Positions 23,132 to 34,789 of a stretch of DNA of 64,000 bases are shown piece after piece. Numbering within the stretch: position 1 is the stretch's first letter; each line of letters begins with the position of its first letter. Under the pieces are notes generated by a model, which searched no databases, was not told the origin of the DNA, and was given only the letters and a program-made list of their open reading frames with translations. The stretch is from Vulcanimicrobiota bacterium (GTDB taxonomy: Bacteria > Vulcanimicrobiota > Vulcanimicrobiia > Vulcanimicrobiales > Vulcanimicrobiaceae). The DNA is taken from the NCBI GenBank assembly GCA_963833095.1, contig CAWHWQ010000005.1, forward strand, positions 448,001-512,000. Direction: 5' to 3'. The position numbers were made by a program, and so were the translations under genes.

Positions 23132-23947
23132 TTACACTCGACCCGCTTGCGGATGGTTGAGCGCGTCCGGCGAGACATGCGCGAGCAACTGGCCGACGGT
23201 AACGAACGTATACCCGGCTCTTGCGAAAGCGCTCGACGATAGCGGGCAGCGCTTCGATCGTCGCCAACTTGCCGCTGTGCAAGCAAGACCAGGTCGGGCG
23301 CGGTCGCATGGCCGGATCATGTCGCTGCCGATCTCTCCCGGCGTCAGCGTGCGCCAGTCGCCGCCGTCGTCGGTCCACAGGACCGTCGAATAGCCGAGCG
23401 ACTGCACGACGCGTCAGCGTCTCTTCGTGTAACGGCCGTGCGGCGGACGCATCAGGGTGCGAACCGACGGATCGTGGGTCAGATCCCACAGCACGTCGCG
23501 GCCTTGGAGGACTTCGGCGCGCACTTCGGCGGGCGTCTCTTGGTCGAGATTCGGATGCGAGTACGTGTGATCGGCGATCTCGTGGCCGTCCGCTTCGATG
23601 CGGCGCGTGAGTTCCGGCCACTGCTCGGCGTCGCGACCGATCAAGAAAAACGTCGCCGGGACCTTCAGGTCGCGCAGTTCGTCGAGCAGCATCGGCGTGA
23701 AGATCGGATACGGTCCGTCGTCAAACGTCAAGCGCGATCAGCTTGGGGCGAGACGTCTTTGTCGCCGCAAGGGCGGATCGCAGCGGCACGATAAGCGCGC
23801 GCCATCAGATCGTCCGAAAACTCGATGTGCGCATTCATCTCCGGCGTGACGAATGCCGGCATAATTGCTCTCGCTGCGGATGAGCCAGCGACTTCCATCC
23901 GCCGAGGCGACGACGGCGGCCAGCAGCGATCGCGCGATCGTCTTCAT
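23132..23947 (-). CDS. Polysaccharide deacetylase (CE4/NodB; indels)
   Basis: TFDDGP, ATFFLIG, HTYSHPNL, RPPHG, W..D..DW. Confidence 0.88.
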
Positions 23948-25375
23948 TCCCTGCGCACCGTGCTTCGCGCCGGTGCGCGGCGCGGTTGCGACGTGGCCTC
24001 GCAAGATCGCTGCCGACGATGACCGTCACGTCGCTGGTGACTGCCGGCGGCGGCGAACCGGTCGGGGCTGGGTCTGGCCGACGACGGGGGGTTTCGTCGA
24101 ACGCCGGCAGCGCGGCGCGAACTTTCGCTCCGGCAAACGTGACCGTCGAGTGCTCGTGGATCTCGGTGGTTGGTGTAGTCGGACGAGCTCGCGTCGCCGA
24201 CCGTGCCGATCGTAAAGCCCGCGCGCTTCAGCATGCGCTGCCACGCGGTGCGCGGCGCCTGCGGAGCCGCTGCCGTTGACGATGTCGACGCGCAGCGTAC
24301 CGGGCGCGATCGCGGCCAGCGCCATCGCGTCGGGCGATGGTTCGGGCGCGGCGGCGCGACGAGCATCGTTTGCACCAGCCGGTCGCTTTGCTTCGACGTC
24401 CGGAACGAGCGAGTCGCCATAAACGGGCAAGTCTACGTCGCCGGTATAAGGCACTGGCAAGTTGAACGATCGCTCGATCCGGCATCCCCTGAGAAATACG
24501 ACGCCATCGACAGCAGCTCTTGATCCGTAAAGTCGGTCTGCACGTCCCGGCGAAACATGCCACAAGTTGCCCGCGTGCAGCAGCGTGTTGATTTGATCGC
24601 CTTTGAGTTTGGCGAGCATCGCGTGCAGTACTTGCTGCTGGCGCATGATCCGGCACGGATCGCTGCACCAGTCGTGGCGAAAGCGCATGTAGCGCGACCG
24701 CCTGCGGTCCGTCGAGGTGCTGCAGTCCCTGCTTGAAGTGAATGTGCAGGTGCCCCCAGCTATCGTCGTAGTCGATCGTCTCGCCGGTACAGCCGGTATG
24801 GTACTGAAGGCAATCGGAAGACTTGACGACGATATCTAAGCCGCCGATCGCGTTGATGATATCCTTCGTCGCATCGATGCGCAACACGACGTAGCGATCG
24901 AAATCCGGGATCCCGAGGAAACTCGCGACGACCTGTTTGGCTTCCTTGCGCCGCCGTCGGCTTGGGCTTGATTGATCTTGGCCTGCGAGCCGTTCGGCAT
25001 GGTGGCAATCCATGTCGCGCGGAATCGAGAGCTGGTAGATGCGCTTGTTGTCGAAGTCGATGTTCACCGCCCAGATCGCATCGCTGCGCGAGTTGGTCGA
25101 AAACTCCATATCGTTTCCGTGTAATCGTAGTCGAAGCCTTCGACGAGCACCAGAAGACTCGGTTTTCCGAAGACTTGCTTGCGGCGTGGGCACGAAGACT
25201 TGCGTGATCGCCAGGATCGGATTCTTGTGCTCGAAGATCGCGAAGCCGGCAGCGGTCGGACCAGCCCGAGCGCGAGCAGGCCGAAGACGAGGGCGATCGC
25301 CGCAGCCAAACCGGTAATACGAGCCTCGCGAGCTTCGTCCTCGGTGCGGTGACGGATCGAAGTGCTTACCCAACG
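23944..25375 (-). CDS. LCP (LytR-CpsA-Psr) protein with LytR C-terminal domain (indels)
   Basis: RSDAI, LSIPRD, INAIGG, YDDSWGHLHIH, RFRHD...RIMRQQQ, VDIVNGSG. Confidence 0.85.
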
Positions 25376-26747
25376 GCCGATTGACTCCCGCACGGCGGTG
25401 CGACCGAAGAAATCGAACGGACCGTGACCGCTCGAGCGTTACGGCAACGAAGTCGCCCGGTTGCGCCTCGCCGGTGAAATAGATGCCGCCGTCGACGCCG
25501 GGCGCTTCGCCCTGCGAACGGCCGAACCAGACGTGGTGCGCTCCGAGCGCGCTGCGAAATGGTCGCCTTGCGAAGGCGTGCGGCGCTCTTCGACCAGCAC
25601 GCTCACGCGTCGACCGATTCGTGCGCGCGCGCGCGCTCCGACGCGAGGCGTTGCGCTTCGCGCAGACGGATGAGCCGTTTACGCCGCTCGCGCGGCCGGG
25701 ACGGCTTCCCGAGCTCCGCCGCGGGCGTGCCTTCTTCGGAGCTGTATTCGAAGAAGCCGACGCGATCGAGTTCGGCGCGACCGATCCACTCTTCCAGGTA
25801 TGCGACGTGTTCCTCGGTCTCGCCTGGGAAACCGACGATGAAGGTCGAGCGCATCGTGATGCCGGGAACGCGCTGCGCGAAATCGCTCGATGATTTCGAG
25901 ATAGCGCTCGCCGTTCGACGGCCGCAGCATCGCGCGCAGCACTTCGGGGTGCGCGTGCTGCAGCGGCATGTCCATGTACTTGCAGACCTTTGGCAGAGCG
26001 CGCCATCGCGTCGATCAGCTCGCGGTCGACCGTCGCCGGATAAAGGTAGAGCAGGCGGATCCACTCGATGCCGTCGATCTCGTGCAAGCGTTCCAGCAAG
26101 TGCGCAAGGCCGCCGCGGCGGGCGCCGCGATCGCGGCCCCACATCGACGTGTCTTGCGCGATAAGATCAGTTCTTTGGTTCCAGCCTGCGGCGAGCGCGC
26201 GCGCTTCTTTGAGGATCGACTCTTCGCTTCGGCTGCGGAACGCGCCGCGCAGCTTCGGAATGATGCAGAACGTGCACGGATGATCGCAGCCCTCGGCGAT
26301 CTTCAGATACGCGGTCGCTCGCGGCGTCGTAATCAGCCGCGGAAGAAAATCGTGCTCGGGCTCGGCTTCGAAATCGAGACGCACGGGCCGCTTGCCGGCA
26401 GCCACGTCGTCGAGCAGTTCGACGATGCTGCGCATACGCGCCGGTACCGACGACGCCGTCGATCTCGGGGATCAGCGCTTGCAGCTGGTCGCCGTAGCGC
26501 TGCGCCAGGCATCCCGCAACCACCAGCTGCTGGCCGCGTCGCTTGTGCTGCGGCGTGCTCGAGAATGGTCTCGGTGGATTCGGCTTTGGCTGGATCGATG
26601 AACGCGCACGTGTTGATCACGACCGTATCCGCCTCGCGCGCGTCGGCCGACAAGCTCCATACCGGCCGCGCCGAGCTGCGCGATCATCACCTCGGTGTCG
26701 ACGAGATTCTTGGCGCAGCCAAGGCTGACGAAACTGACGCTCGGCAT
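25375..26747 (-). CDS. rimO: Ribosomal protein S12 methylthiotransferase (indels)
   Basis: [50 protein letters not shown]. Confidence 0.92.
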
Positions 26748-27243
26748 CAGCGGTAGTTCACAAACTGCAGCGGAAGCTCGAACTCCATCGCCTTCAGTTC
26801 GGCGATGACCTTCTGCAGATCGTCGCGGCTCTTGCCCGAGACGCGAATTTGTTCGTCCTGATATTGCGCGGTGACCTTGAGCTTGAGCGACTTTGATCTT
26901 CTCCATCAGCGCCTTGCTCTTGTCTTTCGGGATGCCGCTGCGCAGCGTGACGAGCTGCCGCACGGTTCTATTGGCGGCCGGTTCGAGCGTCACCGAAATC
27001 GAAGGCCTTGATGTCGATGCCGCGCTTGATCGCCTTGCTCTGCACGATGTCGATCGACATTGCGCATCTTCATCTCGTCGTCGGAAACAACCGTAATCTT
27101 TTTGCCGTCGGCTCTCGATCGATCGTCTTCGAATTCTTGAAGTCGAAGCGATTCTCGATTTCTTTGCGAGCTTGATTGAGCGCGTTGTCTAGCTCTTGCT
27201 GGTCGATGCGCGACACGACATCGAACGATGCTTCGCTCGGCAT
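26747..27243 (-). CDS. yajQ: YajQ-family nucleotide/c-di-GMP-binding protein (indels)
   Basis: [24 protein letters not shown]...RFDFK; C-terminal [11 protein letters not shown]...LQFVNYR. Confidence 0.9.
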
Positions 27244-27274
27244 GGGTAATTAGGGCTTCCTTTTATAAATGCAA

Positions 27275-28087
27275 TTACAGCGTGAAGATGCGCTCGACGA
27301 CGTCGCCTGCTGTGCCGAGCCTTCCCACGCTCTTTCCGTCGACAAAGACCTCGACGCCGCCGGCATTGCCGACCCGCAGCCTCGCGGTCTTTCCGTGGAA
27401 CTGGCGAACCGTCCCGGCCGGAAACGTACCCTCCATGCTAACATTCCCGTCAACGGTGACTCTAAGCCACGAAGGCGCTGAAAGTCGTACCTCCAGATTG
27501 GCCGATCCCGACGCGAGCGGGCTCGGGCTGGGGCCGGCGCTCGGGGGGCCGCTCGGAGTCTCGCTGGGGCTTTCACCGGGCCCTTCGCTAGCGGCGAGAC
27601 TTGGCGTCGCGTCGGCGGCCAGCGCAGCGCCGCCCGCCGAGGCGACAATCGTCGGACTATTAGAAGGAAGTGCATTGGCGCTTTGCCGCGCCCGAAAGGT
27701 AGCCTCGTTGTAGACGACGATCGCGATCAGCACAACCGCGACGAGCGACGCGGCCCAGATCAGCGGTGAAAGCGCCCGAGCAGGCGGCCCCTCGTCGGCG
27801 AGATAGCTGGTTCGCGGCGGCGCGCCGGGAGCGGTCGGCACCGGCGCGGGGGGCGCAGAGGCCTGGTTATTGAACTCGGCGACGACCTCTTCGGGCTCAA
27901 GCCCGAGGAAGCGCGCGTAGGTTCGTAGGAAGCCCCGGATGTAAACAGGCGCACCGATCGCGGTCCAATTTTCTTCTTCGATGGCAGCCAGATAGACCGA
28001 GCGTATGCGAATGTGCTCGGCCACATCCGAGAGTGTGAGGCCGCGAGCCTCGCGTGCGGCGCGAAACCGCTCACCCAGCGCTGGCAT
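27275..28087 (-). CDS. RodZ-like XRE-HTH membrane protein with DUF4115
   Basis: GERFRAAREARG, YIRGFLRTYARFLGL, TM helix, SWLRVTVDG, RVGNAGGV. Confidence 0.88.
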   Translation of the reverse strand: MPALGERFRAAREARGLTLSDVAEHIRIRSVYLAAIEEENWTAIGAPVYIRGFLRTYARFLGLEPEEVVAEFNNQASAPPAPVPTAPGAPPRTSYLADEGPPARALSPLIWAASLVAVVLIAIVVYNEATFRARQSANALPSNSPTIVASAGGAALAADATPSLAASEGPGESPSETPSGPPSAGPSPSPLASGSANLEVRLSAPSWLRVTVDGNVSMEGTFPAGTVRQFHGKTARLRVGNAGGVEVFVDGKSVGRLGTAGDVVERIFTL

Positions 28088-28134
28088 TGGGGCTTTAGTT
28101 AGTCCCTTTCTCCTGTTATCCTGTGCAACGGAAT

Positions 28135-29212
28135 ATGAGTAAACCTACGGGTCATCGCCGCAATGAGCGGCGGAGTCGATTCGGCAGTGGCCGCCGGCCT
28201 CTTAGCGGAGGCCGGCTACGACGTCATTGGCGTCACGATGAAGATGTATACACCGACGAAAGCGCCGCGCGCCAAAAGCTGTTGCGGTGTCGATGACTTC
28301 GACGACGCTCGACGCAGCGCGGCCGTCCTCGGGATCCCGCACTACGTGCTGAATTTCGAGCAAACGTTTCACCGCAACGTGGTCGATCGTTTCGTCGACG
28401 ACTACGCGCACGGCCGCACACCCAACCCCTGCGTTTCGTGCAATAACTTCGTCAAGTTGGGCACGCTCGCCGAGTACGCCGACCGCCTGGGCGCGCAGTA
28501 CGTCGCAACCGGACATTACGCGCGCCTCGAACGCGACGCCACGGGAACGCACCTCTACCGCACCCCCACGCCAAGGATCAATCGTACACGCTCGCCCAGC
28601 TCACGCGCGAGCAGCTCGCCACGCTGCTCTTGCCCGTTGGTACGACTGGAGAAACCAGTCACGCGCGAGCATGCCCGGCGCATGGGGTTACCGGTGCACG
28701 AAAAAGCAGAGTCGCAAGACATCTGTTTCGTGGAGGGCGGCGACTACCGCGACGTGCTGGAACGCCTTCAACCGCAGATCAATCGTGAAGGCCCGATTGT
28801 GGATGCCGCGGGTGCGGCTGTCGGCACGCACGCAGGCATTGCCAATTACACGATCGGTCAGCGCGCGGAACTTCCGGCTGGCAACGACGGCGCCCGCTAC
28901 GTCACGCGTATCGATCCAAGTAGCAACACGATCGTGATCGGGCGCGAGGACGAATTGCTCTCGACGACGCTGGTCGCCGATGAAGTGAATCTCCTGCAGC
29001 CGCAACGATTTTCGAACGGCCCTGTTCGCGTACGGGCGATGGTCCGGTATCGCTCGGCGCCTGCGGAGGCCACGGCAACGACACGCGCCGATGGGACTTT
29101 ATACCTATCATTCGACGCTCCGCTGCGCGCGATCACTCCCGGACAGCTAGTTGCGATCTTCGACGAGCACGATGAGGTACTCGGCGCGGGAACTATTTGC
29201 CACATCGGCTAA
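28135..29212 (+). CDS. mnmA: tRNA 2-thiouridylase (minor indels)
   Basis: [41 protein letters not shown]. Confidence 0.93.
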
Positions 29213-29233
29213 GTGTTGCAGCGGGAGTGCAGC

Positions 29234-31030
29234 ATGGCGACCCTTCCGCGCGACGACTATCTCGAGATCCACGATACGGCGGCTTGGCTCGCGCAGAACG
29301 GCTTGACCATTTTTTGCTGGGAACCATCCAAGCGCTACCCCCGTTACGAGTGGGCGAACGATGTCGTCGTCACCCGCTCGAAGATGGATCGCGCCGAATT
29401 GTTCGGCGACGATCCAACGTTCCTCTCCATCGGAGACAACGCGCGTATGACCGATATCGCGCGCGAACGCATCGACGCCGACGATGAGACGCCTTTTGAG
29501 GTCGAGTTAGCCGCCAAAGACGGTTCGACGTATTGGATCGAATGCGTCGTTCGCGCGCTCGAGCCCGCTTCGAACGGCGCGTTGCGCTTCGTTTGCGCAT
29601 CGCACGTAGTCGATCGCCGCAAGGCGTATCAGCGCCTCAGTAGACTTTTGAGCGCGATGGCCGACAATGCGCCGGCCGGAATATTCATCGTGCGGTTACG
29701 CGACGCGGACCTGCTCTCTCCTCCGGTCGTCTACACCAACCCGACCTTCTGGCGCATGACCGGTTACTCTCAGGATGAGCTCGACGCCGGCGTGTACCCG
29801 CGAATCCTTGGTGAAAGCACGAATCGGCGGCTGGTGGAAAGATATGCGCGAGCAGTCTTGCGCGGAGAGTCGGTCGTAACCGACCTCCACCTCCGACGCA
29901 AAGACGGAACACCCTTCTGGTGCGAGGTCCGTGCGCACCCGCTCGAAACGCCGACGGTTCACTGCGCGGTGATCCTGCTCGACACCACCGCAAGGCGCGA
30001 AGCGCAGGACGCAATGAGCCTGCTCACGGAAGGCGTTGCGCAAGCGAGTGACTTCATGATCGTTACCGACGACACAGAGTCGCCCGAAGACGGTCCGAAG
30101 ATCCTCCAAGTGAACCGATCGTTTCTCGAAGCGACCGGTTTTGAGGAAGCCGAGCTCGTCGGCAGGCCGTACACCGTCATGTATTCGCCGCACAACCCAC
30201 CCTCGGTGATGGGCGCGATCCGGCGCGAAATCGAAGCCGACCACACGAACTATCGCGAAGTCCTGGCCCAACGTAAGGACGGCTCGGAGTTCTGGATCGA
30301 ATTCGTCGACCGGCCCTTCATCACGCGCTATGGCCGACGGCTACGGCTAATGGTCGGACGCGACATTACGCTCCGGCGACGCTCGACCAACCAACTCTCG
30401 CTGCTCTTCGCGGCGACCGAACAAGCGGAAACCCCGATCATGATATACGACGCGAACGAGGCCGGCGAACTCGCGCTCTCTTACGAAAACGAGAGAGCAG
30501 CGCAGCGGCAATGCTATCACCTGCTCGAGTTGTGGAGCCGCAGCGATACGGAGAGCCGTTCGACACGGCGCCGGCTGGAAAGCGGTGAAGTCACCATCGT
30601 GACCTACACGCGCAGTGACGACAACGGCGCCCCCGAACTCGTTCAAATGGCTGCGCGGCCGGTTCGAAACGAAAGCCGCCTTGAGGCCGTGCTCACGCAG
30701 GAACGAATCCTTGCAACAAAAAGCGCGGCTAGCCGCGGTGCGCACTCAAGAGTCATCGAACTAGCGACGATGCTCCCGGAGCTCCAGCAAGCGAAGGAAC
30801 TGTCCGAACGCATCGAAGCGCTCGGCGTCCTCTTACATGGCACGTTTGGTGCGTCGATGGAACGACTGACCTATAGCGCAAACGGCTCGGTCCACATCGA
30901 TCAAGACCGCCGGATCGCCGTTTTCGCTCACAACGGTATTGCGGCGCGCGTCTCCTGGCCCGACGCGCTCGAACCGCTCGCGGTGACGGCCCTGCGGTTT
31001 GCAATCGAAGCGGCGTTGGACGGCGTTTAG
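29234..31030 (+). CDS. Multi-PAS protein with no recognisable output domain
   Basis: Three PAC motifs (KDGSTYW, RKDGTPFW, RKDGSEFW); N..F..MTGYS and N..F..ATGF. Confidence 0.8.
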   Translation: MATLPRDDYLEIHDTAAWLAQNGLTIFCWEPSKRYPRYEWANDVVVTRSKMDRAELFGDDPTFLSIGDNARMTDIARERIDADDETPFEVELAAKDGSTYWIECVVRALEPASNGALRFVCASHVVDRRKAYQRLSRLLSAMADNAPAGIFIVRLRDADLLSPPVVYTNPTFWRMTGYSQDELDAGVYPRILGESTNRRLVERYARAVLRGESVVTDLHLRRKDGTPFWCEVRAHPLETPTVHCAVILLDTTARREAQDAMSLLTEGVAQASDFMIVTDDTESPEDGPKILQVNRSFLEATGFEEAELVGRPYTVMYSPHNPPSVMGAIRREIEADHTNYREVLAQRKDGSEFWIEFVDRPFITRYGRRLRLMVGRDITLRRRSTNQLSLLFAATEQAETPIMIYDANEAGELALSYENERAAQRQCYHLLELWSRSDTESRSTRRRLESGEVTIVTYTRSDDNGAPELVQMAARPVRNESRLEAVLTQERILATKSAASRGAHSRVIELATMLPELQQAKELSERIEALGVLLHGTFGASMERLTYSANGSVHIDQDRRIAVFAHNGIAARVSWPDALEPLAVTALRFAIEAALDGV

Positions 31031-32128
31031 GGCGACGAGCTACACGCGAGCGCCATATCCGGCCGCGCGTTCCAGTACGTGTCGCGGATCACGGGGTTGA
31101 AGCCGGCGTTGATGACGACGTTTTCGAGATCGCGGCGCGTTGCTTCGTTGGTGCTGCCGGCGTCGTGCACGACTTGCTCTTCGATGATCGTTCCGCCCAT
31201 GTCGTCGCAGCCGTAGAACAGGGCCATCTGGCCCATCTTGAGGCCGGGCGTTAGCCACGAAGCCTGCAGATGCGGGAAGTTGTCCATGTAGAGCCGCGAG
31301 ACGGCGAGCACGCGCAGGTACTCCAGACGCCGTCGATTCCTTTCCGCGCAGCGGCGTTTTGAACGGGACGTAATACCACGGAATGAACGCGGTAAAGCCG
31401 CCGGTTTCGTCTTGCAGTTCGCGCAGGACGTGCATGTGCTCGATGCGTTCTTCGGCGGTCTCGATCGAGCCGAACATCATCGTCGCGGTCGTCGGCATTT
31501 CCAGCAGCTGCGCCTCGCGCATGACGCCGAGCCATTCGTCCGGCTTGACCTTGCGCGCGGAGATCCGCTTGCGAACGCGCTCGACTAGAATCTCGGCGCC
31601 GGCGCCGGGCAGCGATTTCATGCCGGCGGCTTTGAGGCGCACGAGCACTTCGCGGACGCGGCATGTTCTCGATCTTGGCGAGAGCCGACGACTTCGGAGA
31701 CCGAGAGCGAGTGGATGTCCACCTGCGGAAACTCGCGCGCGACGCGCGTTGGAAAGCGCTTCGAACCACTCGAGCGCCGAGCTCGGGGTTGACGCCGCCT
31801 TGGATCATGATTTGCGTCGCGCCCTGATCGGCTGCGTATTTCACGCGCTCGAGCACCTTGTCGTGCGACATGGTGTAGCCTTCTTTGTGATGCTCGGGCC
31901 GGAAGAACGCGCAGAACGTGCAGTGCACGTTGCAGACGTTGGTGTAGTTGATCGTCGTATCGATCACGTAGGTGACGACGTTGCGTCGGATAGAGCTGCA
32001 TCCGGCGCGCGTGCGCGGCGGCGCCGAGATCGTGCAAATCGGCCTCGTTGATAGATGCGCACGCCTTCTTCGAACGTGAGGCGTCCGCCGGTTGCGGCGC
32101 GATCGAGCAAACTAGCTAGCGAGGACAC
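31027..32128 (-). CDS. mqnC: Cyclic dehypoxanthine futalosine synthase (indels)
   Basis: INYTNVCNVHCTFCAF, QGGVNP, SLPGAGAEIL, TTATMMFG, HLQASW. Confidence 0.88.
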
Positions 32129-32973
32129 CGATGACCTCCGGGAGCGACGAGCGGAACCGCACGCGATGGCGCCGATGGCGTGCAGCTCGCGGCAGAACGC
32201 GGCGAGGCCGTTTTGCGCGGCCGAGTGGAACGTGAAGTTGAGTTTGCCGTAGTAGGCTTCGTAAAACCCGGGCGGACGCGCGATCAGACGCTGCGCTTCT
32301 TCGACGACACGTACGATTGGTGCGAGCGCGACCACGTGTAGGCATCGGTGAGCGCGTCCATGCAGGCGCGAACGCCTTCGGGATCGCGCTCGTAGGCGTC
32401 GCGGCGCGCGGCCCACACCGCGAAGACGGTTTGCTGGCCGGTCCACTCGTGCCACAAGCGTGCCGAGATCGTAGACCTGATCTCGCGCGGCAGCGACTGG
32501 ATCGCGTCGATCGCCGAGTCGCCGATCAGCAGCGCCGGCTTCGCCGGCGCGCGCGCGCATCGAGCGGATGCGCCTCTTCGACGTACTCGGCATGCACGCC
32601 GTAGCGGCGTTCCAGCAGGACCCGCAGCAGGTTCTCGCCCGACTGGCCGATTCGCCCGTAACGTAGATCGTCACGCCGTCGAGCTGCGCGGGCGGCGTCT
32701 GCGAGACGAGCACGACGGAAACGACTTCGTCGCGCGCGCCGATGCACAGATCCGGCAGCAGCACCAGCTCGTCGGCAGTTGGCGGCCCAGGCAAACGCCG
32801 CTGATCGGGCTCAAATCCAGTTCGCCGCCAAGCAGCATCGCGTTGAGGCGCGACGGAACGTCGGCATGCAGCGTCCCCGGATACGCGATAGCGCCCGCGT
32901 CGAACGCGGCATAGACCGGCAGATCGTTGGTGTACGACGATCCGCCGCAACGCAGCGCATATGCCGCACTCAC
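32112..32973 (-). CDS. mqnA: Chorismate dehydratase (indels)
   Basis: YTNDLPVY, PSRLNAML, CIGARDEVVSV, LLIGD, VFAVWA fragments; lies between mqnE and mqnC. Confidence 0.82.
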
Positions 32974-34122
32974 GCGGTCAACCAGGTCGCCGCTGCGGTC
33001 GGGCGGCGCCCAGTCGTACGGGAAACGTCTCGATACGTCGAGTTGCGCCGGACCGGCATGTAGCCGGCGCCTTCGATCAGGCGGCGGAACTCGCGGTCGT
33101 CGACGTATTGCCCCGACTGCGTGCCGGCCGAGTGATAGATCATCTCCTCGTCGGTCGAGCCGTGCGTGCCGTCCATGTCGTCGGCGCCGTACTGCAGCGC
33201 GACCTGGCAAACTTTGAGCCCCTGGATCATCCAGTAGGCCTTGATGTGATCGAAGTTGTCGAGCATCAGCCGCGCGACCGCGAACGTGCGCAGATCGTCG
33301 AGGCCGGTCGTCCAGCCGCAATCCGAAAGTTCGTTGCCGTCGGGGTGAAACGCCAGCGGAATGAACGCGTTGAAACCCGGGCAACGCGCTCTTGCGATTC
33401 GCGCAGGCGGATCATGTGATCGACGCGATCTTCGAGCGACTCGATATGGCCGTACAGCATCGTCGCGTTGCTCGCGACGCCTTGGCGATGCAGTTCTTCG
33501 TGAATCGCGATCCAGTTTGCGCTCGAGACTTTGTTCGGGCAAATCTTCGCGCGCGTCTCTTCGCCGAAAATCTCGGCCGCGCCGCCGTTGACGTTATCCA
33601 GGCCGGCATCTTTGAGCGCCGCGACGATATCGGGGAAACGACAGCCGATGGCGCTTGGCCATGTACTCGATTTCGGCGGCGGTGAAGAGCGAGAGCTGAA
33701 CGTGCGGCAGCGCTTCCTTGAAAGCGGCGCATCAGCGGCAGCCAGTAGTCGAGCGAGAGCTGGCGCGGATCGTGGCCGCCGACGATATGAAGTTGATTGA
33801 AGTTCGTGCCGGTCTCCATCGCCTTGGCGAAGACCTGGTCGGCCGTCATCCGGAAGACGCGATTCGGGTTCTTTGAACTCGTCGGCTGCGAACGAGCAGA
33901 ACTTACACGCGGCAAAGCAGACGTTGGTCGAGTTGATGTAGCGGTTGAGAACGTAGTACACGTTCTTGCCGCTCTTGCGCTCCTTTTGATTGCGCGCGAG
34001 GCGGCCGAGCGTGTGAATGTCGGGCGTGCGATAGAGCGCGAGCCCGTCGGCCATCGAAAGCGGCATCGCCCGCCTCGACTTTGCGCTCGATCTCGATCAG
34101 CGCGGGATCACTGGTATGCCAC
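32970..34122 (-). CDS. mqnE: Aminofutalosine synthase (indels)
   Basis: NRYINSTNVCFAACKFCSF, SNATMLYGHIE, FIPLAFHP, NFDHIKAYW. Confidence 0.88.
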
Positions 34123-34149
34123 GTGAACCTTCCTATTCTATCTTCGGCT

Positions 34150-34779
34150 CTAACTCTCGCGCCCCTGCAGGGCAAGACCTTTGTGGGCAAGAGCGGCCAG
34201 CGCCGCGGCGATGACGCCACGCCCCAGAGCACCCCGCCCACAAGGTCGGTCAGGTAATGGGCGCCAAGCGCCAGCCGCGACCAGAGGATCCCGAGCGCCA
34301 GCGGCAGCTAAGCCGCAGGCAAGCCGGCTCGTGCCGGGCGGCAGTCGCTGCGGCGCCACAAAGTCCGCCCAGCAACAGGTAGAAGCCGACGGCGATCGCC
34401 GCATGCGAGCTGGGGTACGAAAACGCCGTCTCGTGTTTCACGACCCAATCCAGACGCCGCGGCCGCGCAAAGAGATGTTGAAAGAGATCGGCGCCGCTGC
34501 CAGCAGATGCAGCAGCACGACGAATCCGAACGCGACGCGCGCCGCGCCACGCGGGGAAGCGAAAGGCGATCGCAATCAGCGCGATGGCAAGCGGCCCGAG
34601 CAAGTATGCGATAGCCGAACCAAGTAAACCACCAGGCGATCAGCGTCGAATGATTCACCCATGACGCTCGCTCGAGCGATCAGCGCACGCCGGTTCGCCG
34701 GTGCGTGATCGACGATCCTCCCGAGCGACAGAAATATCCCGAGAAGCCCGAATGCGATCGGCGGCAGCGATGCAGGCAT
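34150..34779 (-). CDS. PAP2-family membrane phosphatase (indels)
   Basis: FARPR, FSYPSSHA, hydrophobic segments. Confidence 0.75.
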
Positions 34780-34789
34780 GCGTAGCAGG

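Noticed and set aside
24228..26435. RimO-LCP fusion (735-aa ORF), and likewise the GrpE-DnaJ fusion ORF 53401..54897
   Set aside because: Produced by indels that join adjacent genes through out-of-frame sequence
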